Assembly (NCBI RefSeq): GCF_902459465.1
Contig: NC_047076.1
Coordinates: forward strand, 2,294,001-2,358,000
Direction of reading: 5' to 3'
DNA length: 64,000 bases
DNA from: Asterias rubens
Taxonomy: Eukaryota
Made by a program: the position numbers and the translations under genes. Numbering within the stretch: position 1 is the stretch's first letter; the number at the start of each line of letters is the position of its first letter. Positions 45,101-56,700 of this stretch are shown here, one piece after another. Under the pieces are notes generated by a model, which saw nothing but the letters and a program-made list of their open reading frames with translations, was not told the DNA's origin and did not search any database.

Positions 45101-45456
45101 TTTTAAAAATCACACACATATTTTCAAATCGTTCCGTTGGTCGTCTCTAGTGGGTGTTGACCGTCACTATCAGAAGTGTTACACCGACAAAAATGACAAC
45201 CATGCTCATCACAGCACTGTTGATGGTGACCGTCTTCGTGTCGTCGTCGTACTGCGAAGCCTACTCATGCTGTCCTAAATGTTCAACCGAATCAATTAAC
45301 CAATTCAATTACCTTCAACTACAACAGATTGTGTCTCAGCGATCTGTCATTGAAGAAATTGAACAAGATCCTCAACTCTTGTACAATGCCACATACCAGA
45401 GATCATTTGTGACACTCACCAAGCAGCAGAACCAGGAGATCCTAAGAAACTTCCCT
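42200..45456 (+). repeat. Tandem segmental duplication, offset 1686 bp (copy 1 from 42200, copy 2 from 43886)
   Basis: The first ~1.15 kb differs by only a handful of substitutions; ORF-track pairs 42317/44003 and 42754/44440 are identical. Confidence 0.95.
43501..43752 (+). pseudogene. Broken paralog of exon 1 of the Spaetzle-like gene
   Basis: Homologous to 45193-45456 (SSSYC..Y.CC.KCS.ESI.Q...V..EIE.DPQLLYNATY.RS.VTLTK). It has a 19-nt frameshifting deletion in the signal peptide, a 5-nt insertion, and is truncated before the RTRR site. Confidence 0.85.
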
Positions 45457-47352
45457 GAAATATTTAGGGATCGGGAGTCATTCCTAAACACTTCCTCGAC
45501 AGTCGGGACAGTTAGCCAGTCACCTGCAGGCGATGGAAGAACACGTCGATCAGTGTCTCAGCTCGTATGCCCGCCCATATTGGGATCTCAACCTCTTATT
45601 ATAGCGCGTAAACCAAACGGAGATGTTGTTGAACTTGTGCAGGTATGTATATGTAATGGGTTTTCTTTGACTGCGGAATGGTCTCTTTTCTTTTTCTGGA
45701 ATATTGATTTGTTACGCAGGAAAGCGGTCTCATCCAACGAACCTTTAGAAAAACTCAGATTTTACAATTCGGGAAAGGAAACTCAAACACTCGTATCTTT
45801 GAGATATCTTTCTTATAATTCAGAAAAAGGCTTCTATATACCGGGTGTCTCCAAAAAAAACTTAACACTTTTGAAATGGCTGCCGAATAATAAAATATAC
45901 GATTCTGGGGGGGGGGGGGGAAGGGTTTAGATGTATGGATAGCTTATGGTCTCAACTTTCATATGACATCAACAGTCCGAAAATAATTCAAGCCTGCTGG
46001 GTGAGCACTGCTCACTTTTGTCAAGGATATGAAAATTAGGCTGCGCAGGAATTAGCCTTCCAATTTGTGAGCTTACAAAATTGTAGGTGATATGATAAAC
46101 TCAGAATCAATACTGCTATCAGTTTGGGTTTGCTAAGTGAATTTTTATAATTTATTAACCATTTTTTGTATGCATGGGTGATGCTACTTGTGCAATTTCC
46201 ATGTTACAAAATGTTTTTTTTTTCACATCTGTGATTTTGAATAAAAACCTTCACCCCACATTTCAGTTATTGTAAGATTTGTTGAACATTACATTGGTTT
46301 TTCTTAAAGGAACACGTTGCCTTGGATCGGTCGAGTTGGTCCTTGAAAAGCGTTCTGTAACCGTTTGTTATAAAATCTGTATGGTTAGAAAAATGTTGTA
46401 AAAGTAGAATACAATGATCTACACAAATATGCCTCGAAATTGCGTGGTTTTCTTTTTACTTCGTCGACTAACACTGTCGGCCATTAAATGGCCGACCGTG
46501 TTAGTTCGCGACGTACAATGAAAACCGTGTTATTTTGAGTGATACTTGTGTTGATAATTATATTTTACTTTTAAAACATCTTTCTAACCATATGCATTTC
46601 ATAACAAACGGTTTCAAACGCTTTTTATAGACTAACTCGTCCGATCCAAGGCAACGTGTTCCTTTAATAACCAGATGAGGATTAAGTAAATTGATTATTC
46701 AAATACGGTTTGTTGAAAAAGGGAATGTCACAGATGTTGGCTACTTGTTCTTTAGGTTACACATTGACCTGAAGTAGCCGACATCTTGGATTGAATTTTG
46801 TAAGCTACAATTAAAGGACGTACTTCTCGCAAAGGGAAGACTAATTCCTGCGCAGCCTAACTTTCATACCCTTCACAAAAGTGAGCAGTGCTCACCCAAT
46901 CATAAACTATTTTCGGACTTGTTGATGTCATATGAAAGTTCAGACCATAAGCTATCCATACACCTAAACCATTTCCCCCAGAATCATACACTTATTATTC
47001 GGCAGCCATTTCAAAAAGTGTATAGTTTTTTTTGAGACACACGATATCTTCAACATCGTTCTCTCCCCATCCGTCCATATAGGCTACCAATCATGATCAT
47101 AAACTACAAGAAAAGGCAAAAATTTACTATTGTTTTTTGCAGATGTCTGGGCAAGGAATGAACCAGTGGATTTTGGAAGAAACCTGCCAGTTCCCGAACG
47201 ACCCTACTCTCACCCATCTGAGATGTTGTTTAGTTGAGCGCCATGTGATTGCACTCTTCATTAATTTAAGCCAACTATCGCAGGGACTTTCTGCCAATGA
47301 CTTTGACTTTGCGGATATCGTCGTACAGTGCTGTGCAACATTTAGAGACTAA
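45193..47352 (+). CDS. Secreted cysteine-containing precursor, Spaetzle/neurotrophin-like (219 aa). Exons 45193-45642, 47143-47352
   Basis: Hydrophobic signal MTTMLITALLMVTVFVSSSYCEA; pro-region; furin site RTRR; 100-aa mature part SVSQLVCP...A...NG.VV.LVQ...Q.I.EETC...RCC..R.VIAL...FDFADIVVQCC. Phase-0 splice CAG|GTATGT...TTGCAG|ATG. The gene model is solid; the family call is by motif resemblance only. Confidence 0.7.
45841..47044. mobile_element. Non-autonomous Tc1/mariner-like element with ~200-bp TIRs
   Basis: TA|CCGGGTGTCTCC...GAGACACACGA|TA; long inverted arms (45841-46062 / 46835-47044); lies in the Spaetzle-like intron. Confidence 0.8.
46308..46663. mobile_element. Kolobok-type MITE (family 2) nested in the Tc1-like element
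   Basis: TTAA|AGGAACACGTTGCCTTGGATCGG...CCGATCCAAGGCAACGTGTTCCT|TTAA. Confidence 0.9.
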
Positions 47353-48050
47353 ATCCGAAACTCAAGGATTAACAAAACATGTTCTTAAGCTAATCCAAGC
47401 AGGATTAACAAAACCTGTTCTCAACTAATCTAAGCAGGATTAACAACACATTTAACAATAATTTGGGTATTTTCTGTTCCATTTCTTTATACTGTATTTT
47501 ACATTATACACAATATATACAAAATACAAATAATAATATTATACTCTTTTCTTCAATAGTAAACAGCAGCTAAGCACAACAAAATTATGTTTTCTAGAAT
47601 AAGGTTACCAGCCCAAAAAAAAATTGACATGTTCCATTTGTAACCGGTATCCTACTTATTTTTGCTAAGCAGAGCAAGATAATAAGCTGCTTAACCATTC
47701 AAAGAGCTGCTTCAGCAGAAAAGTTTTCTTACGAATTTTGTGCTTAGCAAAAATTAGCAGAATTCCAGCCAGAAAGGGTGCATGTGACATGGTGTTTTGT
47801 TGAGTAACTTTACTGTAGTAAGCATAATTTTGCTGTTTAATTAATAAGCAGCTCTAAGGGGCCCTGGTATAATTATGGGCTTGTAAACTTGTTTGAGGGA
47901 ATGGATTTTACATACAGGGCTAGTCTGGCGCAACCCAGTTGGGCTGTTTTAGCTTTTTTGTATGAATTTTTCATTTCCCTTTCTTTAGACGTTCTTTGTA
48001 AAATACAGTAGATTTTGTAATTTTGTATTCCATTGTTGAATGAAAGTTAA

Positions 48051-48953
48051 AGGCAGTGGACACTATTGGTAATTACTCAAAATATACTCATAGTATAAAA
48101 CCTTAATTGGTTATAAGAAATGGGGAGCTGTTGATAGTATAAAACACTGTGAGAAACGGCTCCCTCTGAAGTGACGTAGTTTTCGAGAAAGAAGTAATTT
48201 TCCACGAATTTGATTTCGAGACCTCAGATTTAGAATCAGAGGTCGAAATCAAGCGTCTGAAAGCACACAACTTCCTGTGACAAGGGTGTTTTTTCTTTCA
48301 TTATTATCTCGCAACTTCGACGACCGATTCAGTTTAAATTTTCACAGGTTTGTTATATTTTATGCATTTGTTGAGATACACCAAGTGAGAAGACTGGTAT
48401 TAATTAGACAATTACCAATAGTGTTCATTGTCTTTAAAGCCATTGGACACTTTCGGAACAGAATTTTTTTTAAAGTTTACAGATTTACAAATAACTTACA
48501 GGGTTTACAGAAGGTTATGGTGAAAGACTTATCTTGAAATATTATTCCATGAAATGCTTTACTTTTTGAGAAAACATTAGAACAATATCAATTCTCGATA
48601 TCGAGAATTACGGATTTATTTTACGTGCGGAAACAAGGGTGGGTTTTCCCCTTATTTTCTCCCGACTCCGATGACCAATTGAGCCTTAATTTTCACAGGT
48701 TTGTTATTTTATATATATAAGCTGTCATACACCAAGTGTGGGCCTTGGATGATACTGTTTACCGAACGTGTCCAATGGCTTTAAAGGCACTTAGACACGT
48801 TAGGTAATTGTTAAGACCAATATTCTCACTTGGTGTATCTCAACATTATTATGCGTAAAATAGCAAACCTGTAAAAATTTGGGCTCAATTTGTCACCAAA
48901 GTTGCAAGAGACAACAATTATTTTTGAGTAATTACCAATAGTGTCCAGTGCCT
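48051..48953. mobile_element. Three abutting Kolobok-type MITEs (48051-48433, 48438-48780, 48785-48953)
   Basis: Each has AG...CT termini, and neighbours are separated by a single shared TTAA. Confidence 0.85.
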
Positions 48954-49777
48954 TTAATATTGGGTTACCTCACTTAAGAAGCTTTTAATATAACTTTTTA
49001 TTGTACACAGTTGAAACAAAAATAATTTAAAAAACTAAAAAAAAAAACTGGAGAAAATGAACATTGGTTAGGACAGTTCTTAACTCATTTCCAAAAACTT
49101 GCATTAAAAAACCTGATGAACACAATCAAAAATAAAAACCGAATTCGAATGGAGATTTGACAAGAATTTCCGAAACATGTGGTAGTAATAATAGTGGCTC
49201 GTTATAGCGCTCCTAGCAATCACTTGGTGACACTCATTGTGGGAAAAAAGGCACGTATCCTTCTTTTTTTTCAAAAAGTCGAGACGCTAAACATTTTTTA
49301 CAAATTCTTGCCGAACAGGTGTCAGTAAACTTTTGATTGGAAAAATAGAATCGTACCAAGAACTGACTGATGTTATGGCGATCTAGTGAACACAATTGGC
49401 AAATCACTGCTCTTAAAAAATAGAGATAACTGCATAAAATAAAATAAATACCCGCTCTTTGGAAAAAGAACAAACAATGGGAGACTTTCTGGGACGATAG
49501 AGGGCAGCAGACTTACCGGGTAAATCCATTGTTCTCAGAATTATGCGCATGTTCAGAACTACGTAAACAATGGAAATTTACCCGGTATGTCTGCTGCCAC
49601 CTAGCGTTGGAAAGTCTCCTATTGTACAAGGACATCCACTCTATTACAAAGGGACACTTTTGAGACGCTGAGCTGACAGCAGCAGGCATAAAGGTCCTGT
49701 TTTCAATCAATGTAACTGTTTAGTTTTTATGTTTTTGTAAATTCTGTATATTTTGTGTATGAATAGTGTTTTCTTTG

Positions 49778-49947
49778 NNNNNNNNNNNNNNNNNNNNNNN
49801 NNNNNNNNNNNNNNNNNNNNNNNNNNNNNNNNNNNNNNNNNNNNNNNNNNNNNNNNNNNNNNNNNNNNNNNNNNNNNNNNNNNNNNNNNNNNNNNNNNNN
49901 NNNNNNNNNNNNNNNNNNNNNNNNNNNNNNNNNNNNNNNNNNNNNNN
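49778..49947. other. Assembly gap (170 N)
   Basis: Run of N. Confidence 1.
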
Positions 49948-50108
49948 AATTTATATAGCGCCAACATCAACCAAAATTGTTCAAAGGCGCTCAAGACAGT
50001 AACATGAAATGAATTACAACACACTTGTTGGAAAAGATAACATTTGAGAAGTTTCTTGAAAATGTGAATAGTGTTAGAGCATCCTTGATAAGATTTGGAA
50101 GAGTTTTA
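49948..50108 (-). mobile_element. L2-type LINE 3' end fragment
   Basis: The minus strand resembles a decayed L2 ORF2 C-terminus (...LPNLIKDA...F) and ends GCGCCTTTGAAC...GGCGCTATATAAATT. Confidence 0.55.
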
Positions 50109-50368
50109 CATTTTTTGGGTCAGTATTGTGCGCGTAGGTTTAAGCACGCGCACAACTGGCGAGAACTGTGAAAAGGATTATTTACAGGACTCCCATTGAA
50201 ATGTGCACATTTTACAAGAACTCTGATTGGTGGATCAGAAAAGGCCATTCTCTTTCCTGCTCTTACACCATCTGCTATTCAAATAAATAACAAACACGAC
50301 AAGACAATTTCATTTTGCACAGCATTATGTTCACTCTGATACAAATATTTACACCAGGGTTTTGTTAA

Positions 50369-50748
50369 AGGAACATTACAGAATTGGTCAGAAACAAAAT
50401 CGTCTAAGATCACAGATTAACATAAAACTTACTTGGTCTAATGATGATGATAGAAAAACATCCCTTGGAACATTTCTGTCTGAAATGTCATACTTGATGA
50501 GAAATAAATCAAACTAATTCCCTGCTTGGAGTTTATCGCTCAGTGAGCGCTTTATTCATTTTCTTTTTGAATTGATGTCATGCAAAAATGTGTATTTGGT
50601 GTTCCACTTTTTTCTCGTGACCCAGATGGCAGATGGTTCTCAAACTTCTACAGGTTTGTCAGTTTATGTATATGGTGGATTACATAAAGTGCCTACACTG
50701 CCAGCAACTGTTTTGTTTAATAGCAAAAACCAATTCTGTAATGTTCCT
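50369..50748. mobile_element. Kolobok-type MITE (family 3) inserted at the ankyrin gene stop codon
   Basis: TTAA|AGGAACATTACAGAATTGG...CCAATTCTGTAATGTTCCT|TTAA; the right TTAA (50749-50752) contains the TAA stop on the minus strand. Confidence 0.9.
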
Positions 50749-53700
50749 TTAATTTCTCCACACGGAGAACGAGGGCTCCTGAGACTGCGATTTGGTGGAA
50801 GGCTCCGCGCTCGGCCCTTTTTCATCTGCTAGGACGTCGCCACCCAAAGCTGCGAACATCTGAGAAGCTGTCAGGGTTCCAAACAATTTTAAAAACTTGT
50901 TTACTTCTTCATGTGGAAGTGTCGAGGCTGAGCGGTTAAGAGCACCGAATTCAAAACTCTGGTGTTTCTGATCAGCAGAGGGCGGGTTCGCATCCCCAGC
51001 CGTGACACTTGTGTCCTTAAGCAAGACACTTAATCATAGCTTAGTCCTTCGGATGGGACATAAAGTACAATGGACCATTCCGGGCTATCAATAAAACTGT
51101 GCGCGTTCACCCATTTGACCAATCGCAGCAATGATTGTGGTCGGACAAACTCGGTCATGCGTGTGCGTATATTTGGCATGCGCGGCAGAATCATGCAGAA
51201 TGTCATTGGGAGTGTTCGTACACGTGTCTTGCTCGCGTGCGCGATGGGCGGAGCTTAGTGGAAAGCCGGAACGGTCCATTCAGAAATCAGTTTAAAATCA
51301 TCCTCCTAACGTTTGTGGCACTTATCAACTCGCTTACTATCTACATCCAGCATCAGGGACATGACACACCTTCGTAATGTCAGAGCCAGTTTAACGTTCC
51401 TCATGCTCACACTCCACGTACCCGCCTCGCTAGCTATGGAGACGGAGCTTTCTCTAACATAGCACGTCGTCTATGTAATTCACTGTCGCTAGACCTTAGA
51501 ACACAGAACAATCCTTCAATCTTCAAACGGCAGCTCACAACTCACCTATTCAAACAAGTATTTTAAATCCTGGACTTTTTGACTTTGCGAACCGGCGCCC
51601 TTGAACGTCATTTTTTGTCAGATACTTAGCGCGTTATAATTGCTGTTTATTATTATTACTATGAATACTACCGATTTTCACATGTGAGCTCAACGCGCTG
51701 GTAAACGATCGCTGTCAATTTTAAAAGCGATGGGAACGAACTGGGTTAGAAAAATTCATTGGTTTAATATCTACTTTGCGGGGGCAAATTGAAAAAGAAA
51801 TCAAATAAAAACAAATCCGTTGAAAGAATTGAATGATACTCACAATCATTTGGATTCTTCTTACTCTTGGCAAAGGGATCAGGTCTGATTGCATATGCTG
51901 AGCCAGGCCTAGACAATGATGCCTTTAAGTGAAATAATAAAAAATAAAATAAAATAAACAATAAATGAATAATACAAAACAATTATACAAATAAACAATA
52001 CAATAAACAATTTAAAAATAAATAAACAATAATTTGTTTAAAAACAAATCGGGGTGGAATTCACAAAAATTTGAGACTAGTCTTATCTCAAGTAAGACGA
52101 GTTACTCATCCTAACTTACGATTATCCCTTACTTAGGACTAGTCCTAGTTCTTTGTGAAATCGACCCCAGGACATTTATAACAATATAATAAGGTTTGCG
52201 GTAACACCATGTAATGATAATCTCTAACCGAACAGGGGACATCAAAAAAAGTCATCCTATTAAAAAACACAGAACATTAGAAAAGTTATATAGAAGAACA
52301 CATAAAAAACACTTTGGGTTGAACAAAGAAAACTGACTCAAGCGAGATTTGAACATGTCACATTTTGATTAACCCTTTAGTCCCTGCACCGCCCGAGTTT
52401 GCTGAAATCCAATTTCTCAAGATTCTTGCAGTAAATTACTGGAATCGTAGTTCAAATTTTAAAAGATAGCCATGGCTTAATGTGTATGCACAATTTTTTA
52501 CCCTTTCGGTAATATTTGTATAAAAGTACAAGTTCTCATGGAAACAATAAACGCCTCTCGTTAAACGGCTACGGTAATTTTTATGGCGAATATTTTTGTG
52601 CACGGATAAAATGGACACAATAGCTTTTCAAGGCTTTTGTCTGGCTCAATGCTCATACTGATTAGGCGGCTGGGCGGTACAGTGGCTAAATGGTTAAAGT
52701 GCCGGCGGTCAACTGAGCTCTCTAGCCCTAAATTTGGTGGTCTTTATTTTGTCAATATATTTGTTTAGGGGTTAGTGCCATTCAGAAAATACAGAATTGA
52801 ATTTTTATCAGGACTCAAGAATACTGTGTGTGTTTCACCCACAAACCCAATGAGGAAAAAGTCCACAGCCATGTAACCCTGGTTGGATTCGAACCCATGA
52901 CCTTTGCCATTGTAGAGTAGATGTTTCACAAATAGGCCACTGAGATTGCTCGGTAGCTGCGGTTAGTTTGAATCCTAATCTCTAGCAGCGAATACTGCAG
53001 AGCAAATGTTGTGCAGGATGTTCAACTTACCATACGTACGCCATCCATACCCATAGACGATGGGGATGGGGTATTCCTTGACGCAGACGGGGGTGCTGTA
53101 ACCTTTTCAAGAAAGAAAAAAAAAAACATCCAGAATTACAAATGAAAATATGAGCATTCATCTTATAGGGTTCTTTTTTGAGTTTGAAGCTAATGAACAT
53201 TTGTTACTGTCAGTTACAGAAAACGTTTTTTCTGGACTTACTTCAACCCGTTAACAACCATTTGAAACCATTCAACCATAAGGGTTGTATGGGGTGGTGC
53301 ATCTGTGCACAGAACCAACTGTGTGTAAATGTGTGAACTGTGTGGATGCATTCACCACGCTGTCATATTGTAGATTGACTACCATTCAAAACCACACTGC
53401 CACTGGGTGATATTGAATGGTCAGACAGTAGGAGGGTTGACTGTGTATGGTATAGGTGCAACCACCACATGATATCATATTGCAGGCTAGTCTTGGTGCA
53501 AGACGTTTCTCGTTTCCCTTTTCACGCACACCGCGGCCAATTCACCAACAGCGCCCGCACCGACTCAACCCGCACCGACTCACGTGACTTAGTTCACTCA
53601 CCGCTCCCCTGGAGAAACGTCTTGGTCCGTGTACAAATCGCTCGGGAAATTCCGAGCACATTCCAACCATGCCGCTGCGCTTGGCCTGCATAACTCTGAC

Positions 53701-56700
53701 GTAGCAGTATCGGCATCAATCTGGTATCTGTAAGTCTTTGGTGGGAACAGCTTGGCATGGCATCTACTTGTACAATACAACGACGACAACAAAATGCGTC
53801 GCGCATGGAAAAGCTTCGACGGTGCATTTGTGCGTGGGGGCCCTATAACCTCTAGCCCTCAAAGTATAAAATGGCGTTTGATAGAGTAGACGAAGCTATC
53901 GATTTTGCTGCAAGAAAGTTAAGTCTTGATTAGTTTAAGAGCCAACAAGTTAACGCTCTTCGCCCAGGGTAATGATATATTTATCAATTTACCAACGGGG
54001 TTTGGAAAAAGCTTGATCTTCCAAGCTTCCACAGTTATTGTGGACTTTTTGAAAGGTGTTGTTGGTGGAAACGATAACCATGATAACGTCTAACGACGAC
54101 ATAGGCGCTGACGAGAAATCATTGGTTGTTGTCGTCTTGCCGCTTAAGGCTCTGGCTGTAGATCAGTTAGACCATGGAGGAATTTATTCCTCCATGGTTA
54201 GACCTAGTAAGCAAACTCGGTCTGGAGGCTGCTGATATTACTTCGGATATACCAGATCATGTTTTGGAACAATCGCCCAAGTACTCGATCCTGTTTGCAA
54301 GTCCAGAGAGTCTTTGCTCAAGCAAAGGGAAGGAACTACTGTTGCTGGTCAAAAACAGATGCTGTGGATTGTTTGTTGACGAAAGTCATTGCGTATCGAA
54401 ATGGTATGTACCTTTTAAAAATGATTACTATCTGACTATTGTGTGACATTCCAATAATCTTAGGCATCTTGAAGAAAATCACAGTGACATAGCATAGTGG
54501 TAGGCAGGTTTTTTTAAATTTTTTTTTTAGAGTTTTGCCATAGTCTCTTTGCTTAAACAAGGTAGATATGGTGTATAACTATAATCTCTACTTTGATAAT
54601 TAGTAATTGATGTTCTATTCAATTCATTGCTCAAGAGTCAGTGCTTTTTTCCAAGAATGGTATTGTGGCTGATTTTTATTGCTCTACCTATTTACCAACT
54701 CAAGTACTTAGAGGGTTATTCCTTTATGCCATTTGGAGTTTATGACAGACCTGTGAATGGCTTCTTGTGAAAAGCTTTGTCAACTAATACCCAGCAAGCT
54801 CTTTCAACCAAGCTTTTTGCATGCCCAGGCTTTCATTCCTTTCATGTTTTTATGACCTATTCACATGGGTGGCTCAGCCTCTATTCTTTAGTGAACCATT
54901 CTCCATAGTCTCTTATAATGGCTTTAGCTTATAAATATTCAGGCATGTATGCTCCTTTTTTGCAAAGGGCAAGGGTACCAATTCATTTTCTCCTTGGTAA
55001 TAAAGGGCACTCTAAAAATTATAGTATAATGAGGAATTTTGTAATTTCTACAAGTTTCTAGAGTAATTCAAGGGCACTTGAAAACAACACTAATCTTTTG
55101 GAAACTATTTAAAGTGATGACTCTAAACTTGAGAATTTGTAGCCAGTTTGAACTACAATGCTTGGCAGCAACCTTTGAAAAAAAAATACAAAAATAAACA
55201 GTCCTCATCCCCCTCTTTTTTTGAAAAGCCGGGACTATCAACATATATTTTTTGTATACATGTGGCCTTAATTGACAATCAAGCTTTACAAGGTTTTGTT
55301 TTCACCCAACTTTTTAAAATACTTGTAATTGTTTGCAGCAATGTCATGAAAGGGATTTTATTTTAATCATTTAAAAGAGAGCTAGATTATCTCCATGATG
55401 TTTTGCAAATATCAATACATGTACATTGTATGTGCTATTGTTTTAACCAAATAATAATTACTTCCTTTTCTACTGTGAACAGGAAAAAGCCAAGAACTTT
55501 TAGTCAAAAAAATTATGGATAATCCACATTTTTAACTTAACATAATTTGTTTGTTTTAATTTAACAGGGGTAATTCATCAACCAAGAGTTCAGCATTCCG
55601 GAAGTGCTATGGCCAGCTGGGACAGCTACGCTCCATCCTGAACCAGTCAATTGTTTAATATCACGTTTTCACCTGAGGTTGTTTTTAAAACCAAAAATAA
55701 CTGTACATAATTATTTTAATGGCACTTGAATTTTGACCATATTCAATTAAATGATGATTTTTTTTTTGTAGTCAATGACTATGTGTACATGTATTTGTTT
55801 ATGTCCATATTCAATCAAGTGTGAACCATTATTAGCAAACTTTAAGCTGTAGGCACACTGTCCAAACAATGATCAAAAGACAAGTCCAATTCAGATAGAA
55901 CTGTGTGATCTCCAATACGACACTATTTCAGAGGGAAGTAGTCAACATGTGTTATTATATTAATTTCATGAACAGTGAGTTTTTACACTGAAACCAAACA
56001 ATGATTGTCCTTTCTTCATCCTGTTGTAATAATAAGCACAGTGAACTTGTCTCAATTTTTAAACAACTATTATTGTATCATTGCCAAAGGTTCAAGACAA
56101 AAACATGTTGATTAGGTCTTCTTGTTTTTTTCTTTTTCAAACTGCTCAACATGTAGTCAAATTAAAAAAAGGCTGCTGAAAACGTTAACAACCAAGTAAG
56201 ATTGTTGGTGAAAAAAAAGTTTTATAGTATGTTGTAGTTTGCCAACCTCAATGCAAATCTGCTTTTTTTCATGGCATTCTATGTATACTAGCAGTGAACA
56301 ATTTCATCCAGCATTTTTGCATCCTGAATGGTAATATTGAGTAGCAAATGATGATTTTGAAAAGCAACTGACACATTGTGCATAGCCTTTTGTTACTGTA
56401 ACAACCAACAAGTTACTGTCTCTTGCACATGAAGTCAGACTGAGACATAGTTTTATCTTGTGGTGTGCTGGTCACATGTAAATTCCTAGTCAAAAACAGT
56501 TTACATGTATGTGGCTATATATCACTGGACAGCATCAACTAATAGGCAGTAAATGTATACCTTTCAAAATTTAAATGATTACCTGCAACTATTTACAATT
56601 GAGTTACAAAGGCTTCATCTGTTGTTTTAAGTTTTACATACAAGTTCTTTCACTAAAAAATACATGTAAATATGTACATAACTATTTTGATGGCACTTGA

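Noticed and set aside
45643-45930. Read-through of the 258-aa ORF beyond ELVQ
   Set aside because: A strong donor at 45643 and an in-phase exon 2 exist; the extension runs through intron and transposon sequence.
49707-50024. ORFs spanning the N run
   Set aside because: Artefacts of the assembly gap.
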